A stretch of DNA of 64,000 nt from an uncultured Muribaculaceae bacterium. GTDB lineage: Bacteria; Bacteroidota; Bacteroidia; Bacteroidales; Muribaculaceae. The stretch's first letter is position 1; each line of letters begins with the position of its first letter. Below the pieces are notes generated by a model. The model was not told where the DNA came from. It saw nothing but the letters and a program-made list of their open reading frames with translations, and did not search any database. The stretch is taken from positions 17,852 to 81,851 of the forward strand of contig CANRPJ010000011.1 in the NCBI GenBank assembly GCA_947632485.1, read 5' to 3'. Both the position numbers and the translations under genes were made by a program. Shown one piece after another: positions 27,523 to 38,749 of the stretch.

Positions 27523-28353
27523 TTATTTTCCCGCCGCACCGCTCACCTTCCTGAGCAGCGGAGTGCGCGGGCGGTTGCGGTTGGCCTGATAATGAATAGC
27601 ATCGTCTGGACATACGGATAGACAGTCGAGACACTTCACGCAGCGGGCATTGTCGACATAACGGCTAACGACCTTGATACACGACGAGGGACAGGCCTCC
27701 TCGCATTTCAGGCAACCGCTGCAGGCGTCGGGGTCGATCTCTATATGATAGATCGTGCGGCTTTCGAGCAGCGCGTAGGCGGCCCCGAGCGGACATACGA
27801 AATTGCAGTAGTCGCGACCGTAAAGCAGACCCGCGAAAAGAAGCAGAAGCAGCGACACGGCGCCTGCGGCAACGCCTACACCGGCGCCGACTCCGAGCCG
27901 GAGCCAGTCAGCACTCAAGGCGGAGGGGTGTACTACCGAAACTATCGACCGGAAAATCTGCCAGGGCTCAAGCAGCAGCGGCACGGCCACAACTCCCACA
28001 AGAAGGCAGATGGCATAGATCACCGCTATGTCGTAGCGCCGCTTGTAGGGGTGCTTGTAGCGGAACGGCGAGAGGCCGCGCCGCCGGCGTAGCACCCTGC
28101 GGAGAAAGATTCCCCCATCGATAATGGTGCCTATCGGGCAGACCGACGAGCAGTAGATTCGCCCGAACACGAGGGTAGCGGCAAGCCAGAAGAGCGTTAT
28201 TCCGATGCAACTCGCTATCGCCGAGGGCACTACCTGCAGGCGCTCCGAATAAACAGCCAGCGCCGATACCCGCGAACCGGCCACTAAATAAGCTACTGAG
28301 GCAGCCAGGAAAAGCACTGTCACCACAATGCGGATCGTGCGCAGGCGTTTCAT
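27523..28353 (-). CDS. membrane 4Fe-4S binding protein (NapH/MauN-like)
   Basis: TM helices, two CxxxCP motifs (CSSVCP, CNFVCP) and two CxxCxxCxxxCP ferredoxin motifs. Start at MKRLRTIR. Confidence 0.85.
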   Translation of the reverse strand: MKRLRTIRIVVTVLFLAASVAYLVAGSRVSALAVYSERLQVVPSAIASCIGITLFWLAATLVFGRIYCSSVCPIGTIIDGGIFLRRVLRRRRGLSPFRYKHPYKRRYDIAVIYAICLLVGVVAVPLLLEPWQIFRSIVSVVHPSALSADWLRLGVGAGVGVAAGAVSLLLLLFAGLLYGRDYCNFVCPLGAAYALLESRTIYHIEIDPDACSGCLKCEEACPSSCIKVVSRYVDNARCVKCLDCLSVCPDDAIHYQANRNRPRTPLLRKVSGAAGK

Positions 28354-28366
28354 GGCTCCATCGGTA

Positions 28367-30463
28367 TTAGCGGCGGTTGCCTTTGCGTTTCTGCTGCTCG
28401 CGAAGCATAGCCTGCTGCTGGCGCTGAGCCTCTTCAAGACGGGCCATGAAGCCGCTCTTCTTCTGAGGCTTCTTGGCATTCTCCGCCATGGTGCGGCGCA
28501 CATCGTCTTCCTTCACTATGCGGCGCACTGCCCAGGTCTGACCGATGGTTATCATCAGCGACAGGAAATAGTAGTACGACAAGGCGGCGGCGTAGTTGTT
28601 GAAGAATACCATGAAGAACACCGGCATCAGATACATCATCCACTTCATACCGGGCATCTGACCCGGCTGATTCTGCATATTGTGGTAGGTGTACATGATA
28701 TTGGCAGCGGTCATCAGGAGGCACCAGAGCGAAATGTGGTTGCCGAAATATTCGGTCACGAGGGGAATATGGCCGCTCCAGCTGATTATAGCGTCGGGAG
28801 CCGCGAGATCATGAGCCCACAGGAAGCTCTGGCCGCGCAGCTCTATGCAGCTGGGGAAGAAGCAGAACATGGCGATGAGCACCGGCATCTGAAGCAGCAT
28901 CGGCAAGCAGCCCGACATGGGCGAGGCGCCCGCCTTGCTGTAGAGGGCCATCGTTTTCTGCTGGCGCGTCATGGCATTTTCCTGACCGGGATATTTCTCG
29001 TTGATAGCCTTGATATCGGGGGCGAGAATGCGCATCTTCGCCTGGCTCTTATAGCTCTTGTAGGTAAGCGGGAAGAGCACGAGCTTGATGAAGATGGTGA
29101 GCAGCAGGATTATGATGCCATAGTTGGAGATCCACTTGCCGAGGAAGGTAAATACGGGAATGATCACTCCGGTATTGATCCAGCGGAAGAGGGTCCAGCC
29201 GAGCGGAATCAGGCGCGTGAGATTGAGGTCTTCATCGGGCACGATAGTATCGTCGAGGCTCGAGAGCAGCGGATAGAGGTTGGGGCCGAGGAAGAGGCTG
29301 AAGGAAGCGGGTACCTCTGCGTTCCAGTCATAATCATTGACCTGCGCGGTGGTGGAGAGACTCTTCAGATAGTCGCTCCCCTTGAGCACCTCGCTCTCGA
29401 AATCGGCCGTATTGAACGGACGGTCAGCAATGAGCACCGACGAGAAGAACTGGTTTTTGAAAGCTATCCAGCGCAGTTTGGCCTGACGCTCCTCTGAATC
29501 GTTCTTATTTTCCGAAAGATTCTCCACCGAGCCTCCGGCAAATTTATAGTAGAGGCCGGAGTTGCGCTCCTCAAACATGCGACCCTGCTCCTGGCGGCGC
29601 AGATTTTGATGCCAGGTCACATTCATGGTGCGGTTGTTGCTCTGCGCAATCGGCACCATGCCCTTCTGCACCACCTTAATCCCGACCACATAGCTATTGC
29701 CCCTCGGCAGCGTGTATTCAAGACCCCAGTAAGCATCGGGACCGAACTCGAGCGCCATGCGCACCGTGGAATCGTTGATCTGCCGGGGAATGAAATAAAG
29801 CTGATCCGAACTTACGGGCTGAGGAAGAGGCAACTCGAAATCGAAGCTGTTGCTATCGCCTTCGAAAATCACGACCTTGCGGCGCGTCTTCGCCGTTTCG
29901 TCAGCATTATATTCTGTATCGTATTTCTTGAGTTCGGCGCGGGTGATAGTGCCTCCTTTGGGATCAAGCTGAAGGGCGAGCACATCATTTTCAAGCGCGA
30001 TGGGAGCAGCGGCTCCCTCCGGGGTGAGGAAACGCGCGAACTTGCCGTAGCGCCCTGCCTCGGTGCTGGTCTTGCGCACAAGCTCGATAGCCTGACGCTG
30101 CACCGCCGGAGCCACCACTGCCGGATCCGCTTTCTCAATTTCCTCCAGAGAATAGGCTTTGCCATCTACAGTCACCGTGCCGCTCACTGAATCGCCGGCC
30201 AGACGCAGGCTCACCGGCCCGCGGTCAAGGGTAACTACGCGCACGCCGTCGATCTCCTGAGCTGTGCCGGTCTGGGCGATATTGCTTGCCAGCCACTCCA
30301 GCTCCGTAGCTGAGAGCGAATCCGGTCCGGCAGGCGCTGCCTCGGTCTGCTCAGCCGCTGAGGCTACTGCGGCATCAGGCTGCTGCTCGGGCTTCTGCAG
30401 CCACATAAACCCGAAAAACACGGCTGCCATCAGAAGCAGGCCGTAGATGGTATTTTTGTCCAT
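28367..30463 (-). CDS. yidC: membrane protein insertase YidC
   Basis: MDKNTIYGLLL, WIAFKNQFFS, NYGIIILLLT..LFPLT and SGCLPMLLQMP. Confidence 0.95.
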   Translation of the reverse strand: MDKNTIYGLLLMAAVFFGFMWLQKPEQQPDAAVASAAEQTEAAPAGPDSLSATELEWLASNIAQTGTAQEIDGVRVVTLDRGPVSLRLAGDSVSGTVTVDGKAYSLEEIEKADPAVVAPAVQRQAIELVRKTSTEAGRYGKFARFLTPEGAAAPIALENDVLALQLDPKGGTITRAELKKYDTEYNADETAKTRRKVVIFEGDSNSFDFELPLPQPVSSDQLYFIPRQINDSTVRMALEFGPDAYWGLEYTLPRGNSYVVGIKVVQKGMVPIAQSNNRTMNVTWHQNLRRQEQGRMFEERNSGLYYKFAGGSVENLSENKNDSEERQAKLRWIAFKNQFFSSVLIADRPFNTADFESEVLKGSDYLKSLSTTAQVNDYDWNAEVPASFSLFLGPNLYPLLSSLDDTIVPDEDLNLTRLIPLGWTLFRWINTGVIIPVFTFLGKWISNYGIIILLLTIFIKLVLFPLTYKSYKSQAKMRILAPDIKAINEKYPGQENAMTRQQKTMALYSKAGASPMSGCLPMLLQMPVLIAMFCFFPSCIELRGQSFLWAHDLAAPDAIISWSGHIPLVTEYFGNHISLWCLLMTAANIMYTYHNMQNQPGQMPGMKWMMYLMPVFFMVFFNNYAAALSYYYFLSLMITIGQTWAVRRIVKEDDVRRTMAENAKKPQKKSGFMARLEEAQRQQQAMLREQQKRKGNRR

Positions 30464-30499
30464 TCGTCTGTAATAGATTCTTAAAGATTATTTGCGGTA

Positions 30500-32203
<1,704 letters not shown>

Positions 32204-32222
32204 CGAAAAAATCTTCTAACCT

Positions 32223-34214
32223 TTACGATTGGGGGTGGAAGTGATCTATAAGGATACGGGCCTTTGCCGGACCGACCACTGCCGCCAGTGCCTCCTCTGA
32301 TGCCTCTTTAATTTTTTTGAGGCTCCGGAACTCTTTCATCAGGGCCGCCGCCGAAGCCGGACCGATGCCCTTTATGCCGTCGAGCTCACTGCTCACCTGA
32401 CCCTTCGAACGGCGGTCGCGGTGGTGGGTGATGCCGAAGCGATGAGCCTCGTCGCGCAGCCCCTGGATTACCCTCAGACTCGGGCTCCGCTTGTCGATAT
32501 ATAAAGGAAGACTGTCGCCGGGAAAATAAATCTCCTCAAGGCGCTTCGCGATGCCTACCAGGGCCACCTCACCGCGGATTCCCATCTCCTCGAAGGCCTC
32601 AACTGCCGCGCTAAGCTGACCCTTACCACCATCGACCACTACCATGTCGGGCAGTTTCTCACCTTCAGCCATCATGCGGGAATAGCGCCTGTGGAGCACC
32701 TCTTTCATGCTCGCGAAATCATCGGCGCCAATCACCGTCTTAATGTTGAAATGGCGATAATCGCGGCGCGAAGGACGACCGTTGCGGAACACGACGCAAC
32801 TGGCCACCGGATTCGTGCCCTGAATATTTGAGTTGTCGAAGCATTCTATATGCCGCGGCTCCACGCTGAGCCGGAAATCCGATTTCATGCGCTCCATAAG
32901 CTGGCGGGTGCTACGCTCAGGGTCGAGCGCCTGAGCCTGTTTCTCCTTGTCGGCCATATACTGGCGCACATTTTTCTCGCCTACATCGAGCATCTTCTTT
33001 TTATCGCCTCGCTGAGGCACGATAAACCGCACTCCCTCGAACTCTACGTCGGGAAGGAAAGGCACGATTACATCGAGGAATTTCCTATCAAAACGCTTAC
33101 CTACCTCCACTAAAGCGAGCGAAAGAATCTCCGCCGGAGTCTCTGCCAGACGCCTGCGGAATTCAAGGTTTAGACTCTGAACCACGGCACCGCTTCGGAG
33201 ATGCATGAAATTGACGAAGGCGGAATCACCCTCCTCGGCATACGCGAACACGTCGAGCTCATCGTCGTTGGTTGTACCGATCACGGTTTTTGCCCTATAT
33301 TTCTCGACTAATTCGAATTTTTCCTTTACCTCCTGCGCCTCCTCAAAACGCCAGGCCTCGCTCAGCTCCGTCATCTCTTCTTTCAGCCGACGCGAGAGAA
33401 ATGCGGTGTCGCCGTTCAGAATCTGGCGAACGCGGGAAATCATTTCCCCGTATTCATCGACAGAAACGAGCCCTGCACACGGCCCTTGACATTTCTTTAT
33501 ATGGTAGTCGAGACACAGCCCATACTTTCCCCTATTCACTGAATCGGGATCAAGAGCATGGCGGCAACTGCGAATCGGAAAGATATCGCGCACGAGCTGG
33601 AGCACCGTGCGCGCTGCCTGCACATTGCTGTAAGGTCCGTAATATTTCCCCTTGAAAGATTTCTCACGGGTCATGAACACCCGCGGGAAACGCTCGTTGG
33701 TCACCACTATGTAGGGATACGATTTATCATCTTTGAGCAGCACATTATAACGCGGCTGATATTCCTTGATCATCGCATCTTCCAGATGCAAGGCATCTTC
33801 TTCAGAGCCGACCACGATAAACCGAAGATCCACTATATTGCGCACAAGCAGATTTGTACGCACGGAGTCATGATGACGGTTGAAATATGAGGATACGCGG
33901 CGCTTCAGCCTCTTCGCCTTTCCTACATATATTACCTTACCGCGCCGGTCAAGATACATGTAGACACCCGGCAACTCCGGCAGTCCGAGAATCTTCTTGC
34001 GCAGCTGCTCCCCCGGCCGATTGGCATGAATATCTTCGCGCGTGCGGTCAGGAGTAATCTCTATATCGAAACCTCCGATTTCATCGATTTTTCTCCCCGT
34101 TCCGGCGAGGATTTCGCGCAGGTTCTGCTCCCCGGCAGGACCGGGAAGCAGACGCGAAGCATCGACCGACTCCGATTGCTTCAATTCTAAGGATTCATCG
34201 GAGATTTCAGCCAT
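32223..34214 (-). CDS. uvrC: excinuclease ABC subunit C
   Basis: GIY-YIG PGVYMY..VIYVGKAK, IECFDNSNIQG, VVDGGKGQL, RDEAHRFGI and HhH motif GIGP. Confidence 0.96.
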   Translation of the reverse strand: MAEISDESLELKQSESVDASRLLPGPAGEQNLREILAGTGRKIDEIGGFDIEITPDRTREDIHANRPGEQLRKKILGLPELPGVYMYLDRRGKVIYVGKAKRLKRRVSSYFNRHHDSVRTNLLVRNIVDLRFIVVGSEEDALHLEDAMIKEYQPRYNVLLKDDKSYPYIVVTNERFPRVFMTREKSFKGKYYGPYSNVQAARTVLQLVRDIFPIRSCRHALDPDSVNRGKYGLCLDYHIKKCQGPCAGLVSVDEYGEMISRVRQILNGDTAFLSRRLKEEMTELSEAWRFEEAQEVKEKFELVEKYRAKTVIGTTNDDELDVFAYAEEGDSAFVNFMHLRSGAVVQSLNLEFRRRLAETPAEILSLALVEVGKRFDRKFLDVIVPFLPDVEFEGVRFIVPQRGDKKKMLDVGEKNVRQYMADKEKQAQALDPERSTRQLMERMKSDFRLSVEPRHIECFDNSNIQGTNPVASCVVFRNGRPSRRDYRHFNIKTVIGADDFASMKEVLHRRYSRMMAEGEKLPDMVVVDGGKGQLSAAVEAFEEMGIRGEVALVGIAKRLEEIYFPGDSLPLYIDKRSPSLRVIQGLRDEAHRFGITHHRDRRSKGQVSSELDGIKGIGPASAAALMKEFRSLKKIKEASEEALAAVVGPAKARILIDHFHPQS

Positions 34215-34218
34215 AATC

Positions 34219-34743
34219 TTAATATTTGAGAAGTGAAGTTACCTCGCACTCCGCAGGCAGCGCAGCCCGCCCGTTAAGAGCAGTCAATTCCACGATGAAA
34301 TTGACATAAATCTTTTTCGGATTCATGCTTTTCACGAGCTCATAGCAGGCAGCCATTGTGCCACCGGTAGCGAGCAGGTCATCATGGATCACGACCACAT
34401 CATTCTCCGTAATTGCATCGCTATGGAGCTCGATCGTATCTACGCCGTATTCCTTGGCGTAGGCTTTTTTGATTGTCACGGCAGGGAGCTTTCCAGGCTT
34501 TCTGGCCGGGACAAAACCGCATTTCAACCCATAAGCCATAATACTTCCTCCGATAAAACCGCGCGATTCTATCCCCACGACCTTCGTCACGCCCTTATCC
34601 TGATAAAGACTACAGAGCTCCTCTCCAACGAGGCTGAGCGCCTCGCCGTTCTTAAGCATCGTGGTAAGATCGCGGAAGATGATTCCCTTTGAAGGAAAAT
34701 CAGGCACATCACGAATAATCGCTTTCAAATCTTCTAATACCAT
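34219..34743 (-). CDS. apt: adenine phosphoribosyltransferase
   Basis: DFPSKGIIFRD, ESRGF, RKPGKLP and PRPP motif VIHDDLLATGGT. Confidence 0.96.
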   Translation of the reverse strand: MVLEDLKAIIRDVPDFPSKGIIFRDLTTMLKNGEALSLVGEELCSLYQDKGVTKVVGIESRGFIGGSIMAYGLKCGFVPARKPGKLPAVTIKKAYAKEYGVDTIELHSDAITENDVVVIHDDLLATGGTMAACYELVKSMNPKKIYVNFIVELTALNGRAALPAECEVTSLLKY

Positions 34744-34796
34744 ATCTTGTTCTATTTTTTGTTTTCACATTGAATTATCCGAAGTTAGGCAAGAAT

Positions 34797-34812
34797 TGTT
34801 CCACGTGGAACA
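34797..34812. promoter_or_regulatory. parS: parS centromere site (ParB loading)
   Basis: TGTTCCACGTGGAACA matches the parS consensus and lies within a perfect 22-bp palindrome (34794-34815) between apt and mnmG. Confidence 0.88.
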
Positions 34813-34821
34813 ATTTCGCCG

Positions 34822-36726
34822 CTATCTTCCCATCAGCAGCAAGAGTATCGACACATCGGCCGGCGAAACTCCGGGGATTCGCGAAGCCTGACCTACTGTA
34901 GTCGGCCTGATTCTGTCAAGCTTTTGCCGTGCCTCCGTGCTTAGAGATTTAATTGATGAGTAGTCTGTGTCGGGGAGCAGTCTCACATCTTCAAGACGCT
35001 TCATCTTTTCAGCAAGCTCTCTCTCCCGCTTCACATAGCCCTCATACTTTATCATTATCTCAGCAGCCTCAACAATTTCATCTCTTCTCTCCTCAGGAAG
35101 AGAATCAATCATCGAATTAAGACCCGGCAGCACCTCCTTAAGCTTCTCCATGTTCAGCTGCGGACGTCGGATAAGCTCCGCGAGCTTCACTCCTCCATTG
35201 AGCTGAGATGTACCCTCCCTCTCGAGAAGCTCTGACAATGCATCGGTAGAAGTCACCACCGTATTATTACAGAAATCTATCAGACCATCTCGTAATGCTT
35301 TCTTCTCCTTCATCGCGTCGAGGCGACTGCCAGAGGCGAGACCAATTTCATACCCAAGCGGAGTGAGCCGCATATCGGCATCGTCCTGCCGCAGCAGAAT
35401 CCGATATTCCGCACGTGATGTAAACATTCTATACGGCTCATCTACACCTTTGGTCACAAGATCATCGATAAGCACTCCAATATAGGCCTGATCGCGCCCC
35501 AACACAACCGGAGCTTTCCCTTCAACGCTTCTGGCTGCATTTATTCCCGCAAGAAGACCCTGGGCAGCCGCCTCCTCATAGCCGGTAGTGCCATTTACCT
35601 GACCGGCCATATATAGATTCTTCACGACCTTCGACTCTAAGGAATGACTCAGCTGCGTTGGATCGAAGAAGTCATACTCTATAGCGTAGCCAGGTTTGTA
35701 AGCGTGCACATTGCACAGAGCCGGGATAGTTTTAAGCGCCTCAAGCTGCACATCAAACGGCAGTGAACTCGAGAAACCGTTTACATAAAATTCCTCGGTA
35801 TTCTCCCCTTCCGGTTCGAGAAATAACTGATGGCTCTCCTTGTCTGCGAAGGTAGATATCTTCGTCTCAATACTCGGGCAATACCTCGGCCCTATGCTCT
35901 TGATCTGTCCGTTATAAAGCGGCGACCTATCGAGATTTCGTCTAAGAATCTCATGAGTGGCAGGATTTGTATGCGCAATATAGCAGTCGCGCGTACGGAG
36001 CCTTCTGCCCACTTCCGGAAGAAAAGAGAATTTATGGAAATCCCTGATGGCGCCATCATCTCCATGCTGCACCTCAACCATCGAATAGTCGATCGATCGG
36101 CCGTCGATTCGCACAGGCGTGCCCGTCTTCATCCTGTCAGTCCGGATTCCTAATTCCCTCAGTTGCTCCGTCAGGCCGGTAACTCCTCTCTCGGCAATTC
36201 TGCCTCCCGGAGTCTGATGCTCCCCGAAATGAAGAAGACCGTTAAGGAATGTGCCAGCCGTAAGCACAACCGCTTTCGCCTCAAACCTAAGTCCAAGCTC
36301 CGTCACAATTCCTTTTACCTCCGGCACACCGCTTTCATCGGCGATTTCAAACTTTTTCACCGTATCCTGAAAGAGCCACAGACCCGGAGTCGTCTCCAGA
36401 ATATGCCTCCATTCCTCAATAAATTTCACACGGTCACTCTGCACCCGCGGCGACCATACGGCGGGACCTTTCGACCGGTTCAGCATTCTGAACTGTATGG
36501 CCGTGCGGTCGGCTACGATTCCCATCATGCCGCCCAGCGCGTCGATCTCGCGCACGATCTGACCCTTTGCAATTCCGCCCACAGCGGGATTACAAGACAT
36601 CTGGGCCACACGGTTTAGATCCGAGGTGATCAGAAGAGTTCTGGCGCCAAGACGCGCCGAAGCCACCGCCGCCTCGCAGCCGGCATGGCCTCCGCCCACT
36701 ACTATTACATCATAGTCGAATCTCAT
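34822..36726 (-). CDS. mnmG: tRNA uridine-5-carboxymethylaminomethyl(34) synthesis enzyme MnmG (GidA)
   Basis: GGGHAGCEAA, MSCNPAVGG, GPRYCPSIE and GQVNGTTGYEEAAAQG. Confidence 0.97.
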   Translation of the reverse strand: MRFDYDVIVVGGGHAGCEAAVASARLGARTLLITSDLNRVAQMSCNPAVGGIAKGQIVREIDALGGMMGIVADRTAIQFRMLNRSKGPAVWSPRVQSDRVKFIEEWRHILETTPGLWLFQDTVKKFEIADESGVPEVKGIVTELGLRFEAKAVVLTAGTFLNGLLHFGEHQTPGGRIAERGVTGLTEQLRELGIRTDRMKTGTPVRIDGRSIDYSMVEVQHGDDGAIRDFHKFSFLPEVGRRLRTRDCYIAHTNPATHEILRRNLDRSPLYNGQIKSIGPRYCPSIETKISTFADKESHQLFLEPEGENTEEFYVNGFSSSLPFDVQLEALKTIPALCNVHAYKPGYAIEYDFFDPTQLSHSLESKVVKNLYMAGQVNGTTGYEEAAAQGLLAGINAARSVEGKAPVVLGRDQAYIGVLIDDLVTKGVDEPYRMFTSRAEYRILLRQDDADMRLTPLGYEIGLASGSRLDAMKEKKALRDGLIDFCNNTVVTSTDALSELLEREGTSQLNGGVKLAELIRRPQLNMEKLKEVLPGLNSMIDSLPEERRDEIVEAAEIMIKYEGYVKRERELAEKMKRLEDVRLLPDTDYSSIKSLSTEARQKLDRIRPTTVGQASRIPGVSPADVSILLLLMGR

Positions 36727-37148
36727 CTCTTCATCTCCTCATAAAGGTTAAGGGCCGCATTCTCCTCAGCTTCCATAACCTCCCTCTCGCCGGGACCCTT
36801 ATCGTTGATACCGCAAAGATGAAGCACTCCATGGATAATAACCCTCAGGAGCTCCCTCTCATAAGAATCTCCTACGAGAGCGGCGTTACTGGCCACTGTA
36901 TCGAGCGAAATCAGAATATCGCCCGAAATCCGATTCTGACGGGAATAATCGAAAGTAATCACGTCAGTGAAATAGTCGTGACCGAGAAATTCCCGGTTTG
37001 CTTTCAAAATTATCTCATCGGAGCAAAAGCAATAAGACACCCGGGCCGGCACTTTGCCGTGGGCTTCGGCCACAGCCGTCACCCATCGCTCCAGCAGTCC
37101 GAATTCAAGTGAGGGCATCGGCACCCCGTCGGTTTCAAACTCTATCAT
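36723..37148 (-). CDS. ybeY: rRNA maturation RNase YbeY
   Basis: TDVITFDY, GDILISLD and metal motif HGVLHLCGIND. ATG at 37148, since the longer TTG start overlaps the promoter. Confidence 0.92.
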   Translation of the reverse strand: MIEFETDGVPMPSLEFGLLERWVTAVAEAHGKVPARVSYCFCSDEIILKANREFLGHDYFTDVITFDYSRQNRISGDILISLDTVASNAALVGDSYERELLRVIIHGVLHLCGINDKGPGEREVMEAEENAALNLYEEMKR

Positions 37149-37169
37149 CTCCAAATTATGCTTCAAACG

Positions 37170-37177
37170 CAAAGGTA
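37170..37177 (-). promoter_or_regulatory. sigma-A -7 element for ybeY-mnmG-apt-uvrC
   Basis: TACCTTTG on the minus strand, 21 nt upstream of the ATG. Confidence 0.7.
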
Positions 37178-37440
37178 GCTATTTTTTTGCCAGTTTTCCG
37201 CACTCAAAGCGTCTTCTCTCCTCAAATCCTTATAATCAGATAATTATGTTGATTTTAGCCGTTATCTTCGCCTTTGAGAATCGAAAATTTCAATCAATCC
37301 GGCCATCTGCACACGAATTTTTCATTCTCGCACACAATTTTTAGCAATCCTTAACTACCCCGAAAGCAACCTCTCGCGAGGTTGTTGCGTTTAATAGGCA
37401 AAGAAAAGTTCTTCTCATTTAGAAATTAGATTCAATACTC

Positions 37441-37475
37441 AGGCCGAACCTCTGCAGGGATTCGGCCTTCTTTTT
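37441..37475 (+). terminator. plus-strand intrinsic terminator with no annotated upstream gene
   Basis: AGGCCGAA-cctctgcaggga-TTCGGCCT followed by TCTTTTT. Confidence 0.7.
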
Positions 37476-37501
37476 ATCTCTAAAATTCTTAACTTTGCCG
37501 T

Positions 37502-38650
37502 ATGCGAATCGGAGTCGATGCAAAACGCGCTGTAAGAAACAATACCGGGCTTGGCAATTATTCCAGGCTCGTGATGGAATCCCTGGCTACAGAACTGCCC
37601 GGCATGGAGCTCGTGGCCTATACTCCCGACATGAGAGCCAATCCACGTCTCGACCCCCTGCTCCACCTTCCTAATATAGAATGGAGGCAGCCTGGGCCCG
37701 GAGAAGCACGATTCGGGAAAAGCGCGTGGCGCACATTCGGAATTACACGATGCCTCGCCAAAGATGGTGTCGAGCTTTACCATGGGCTCAGCAACGAGCT
37801 GCCCCTGAACATCAGTTCTGCCGGAATTCCGTCAGTAGTCACGATCCACGATGTGATCTGGCGCCGACTCCCCTACTGCTATAAGGCAGCCGACAGGATA
37901 ATTTACGACTATAAATATGGCCGGTCGGCCCGACAGGCCACTCGGGTAGTAGCCGTAAGCGAGCGTACGAAAGCTGATGTGGCGGAATTCTATGGGGTTG
38001 ACCCCGACAGAATCGATGTGGTCTATCAGGGGTGTGATGCCTCTTTCAAAGCCCCTCATTCACCAGAGGAGGTCGAAAAAGCAAAGAGCGACTACAGAAT
38101 CAGCGGCCGCTACATAATTCAGGTAGGCACCATCGAACGCCGCAAGAACCTCGACCTCACGGTCAGAGCCCTCGCCGCGCTGCCCGACGATGTATCGCTC
38201 GTGGCGATAGGACGCGACAACGGCTGGCTCGACCGGGTAAAAGAGGTGGCGGCTGCGGAAGGAGTTGCAGGCAGAATAAAATACCTTCACAATGTGCCGT
38301 TCAGCCAGATTCCCCTGCTTAATGCCGGAGCCGCAGTAGCTGCCTATCCGTCGCGCTACGAAGGTTTCGGAATCCCGGTAATCGAAGCAATCGAAAGCGG
38401 CATCCCCGTTGTGGCCGCAAAAGGCAGCTGCCTCGAGGAGGCCGGCGGTCCCGGTGCTCTCTATGTCGACCCCGACTCACCCCGCGAGATGGCAGAAGCA
38501 CTCCGGTTCTTCCTCGACCACCCCGACGCCGCCGATGCTGCTGCGCGAGCCGGACGCGCCTACACTGCCCGCTTCGATACCGCCGGAATGGCTACCCGCC
38601 TCGCCGAAATCTACACCCGTGCAATCTCGCAATTCAAGGGTTGTAGATAA
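37502..38650 (+). CDS. GT4 family glycosyltransferase
   Basis: MRIGVDAKRA..TGLGNYSR, YHGLSNELP, VVTIHD and YEGFGIPVIEA. Confidence 0.92.
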   Translation: MRIGVDAKRAVRNNTGLGNYSRLVMESLATELPGMELVAYTPDMRANPRLDPLLHLPNIEWRQPGPGEARFGKSAWRTFGITRCLAKDGVELYHGLSNELPLNISSAGIPSVVTIHDVIWRRLPYCYKAADRIIYDYKYGRSARQATRVVAVSERTKADVAEFYGVDPDRIDVVYQGCDASFKAPHSPEEVEKAKSDYRISGRYIIQVGTIERRKNLDLTVRALAALPDDVSLVAIGRDNGWLDRVKEVAAAEGVAGRIKYLHNVPFSQIPLLNAGAAVAAYPSRYEGFGIPVIEAIESGIPVVAAKGSCLEEAGGPGALYVDPDSPREMAEALRFFLDHPDAADAAARAGRAYTARFDTAGMATRLAEIYTRAISQFKGCR

Positions 38651-38749
38651 ATTTTATTCCTTCGGACAGCAAAAAAATGTGTTTGGAGTTGTAAACAGTT
38701 TGCAATTATCACTAACTTTACGCCTCCAAATTCATTAAGAGAAACACGC

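Noticed and set aside
37173-37501. oriC at the switch from minus-strand to plus-strand genes
   Set aside because: No convincing TTATCCACA boxes. Hand counts show plus-strand C excess on both sides (29 G/58 C at 35041-35220, 44 G/61 C at 42241-42420), so a replichore switch here is unsupported. A full cumulative skew is needed.
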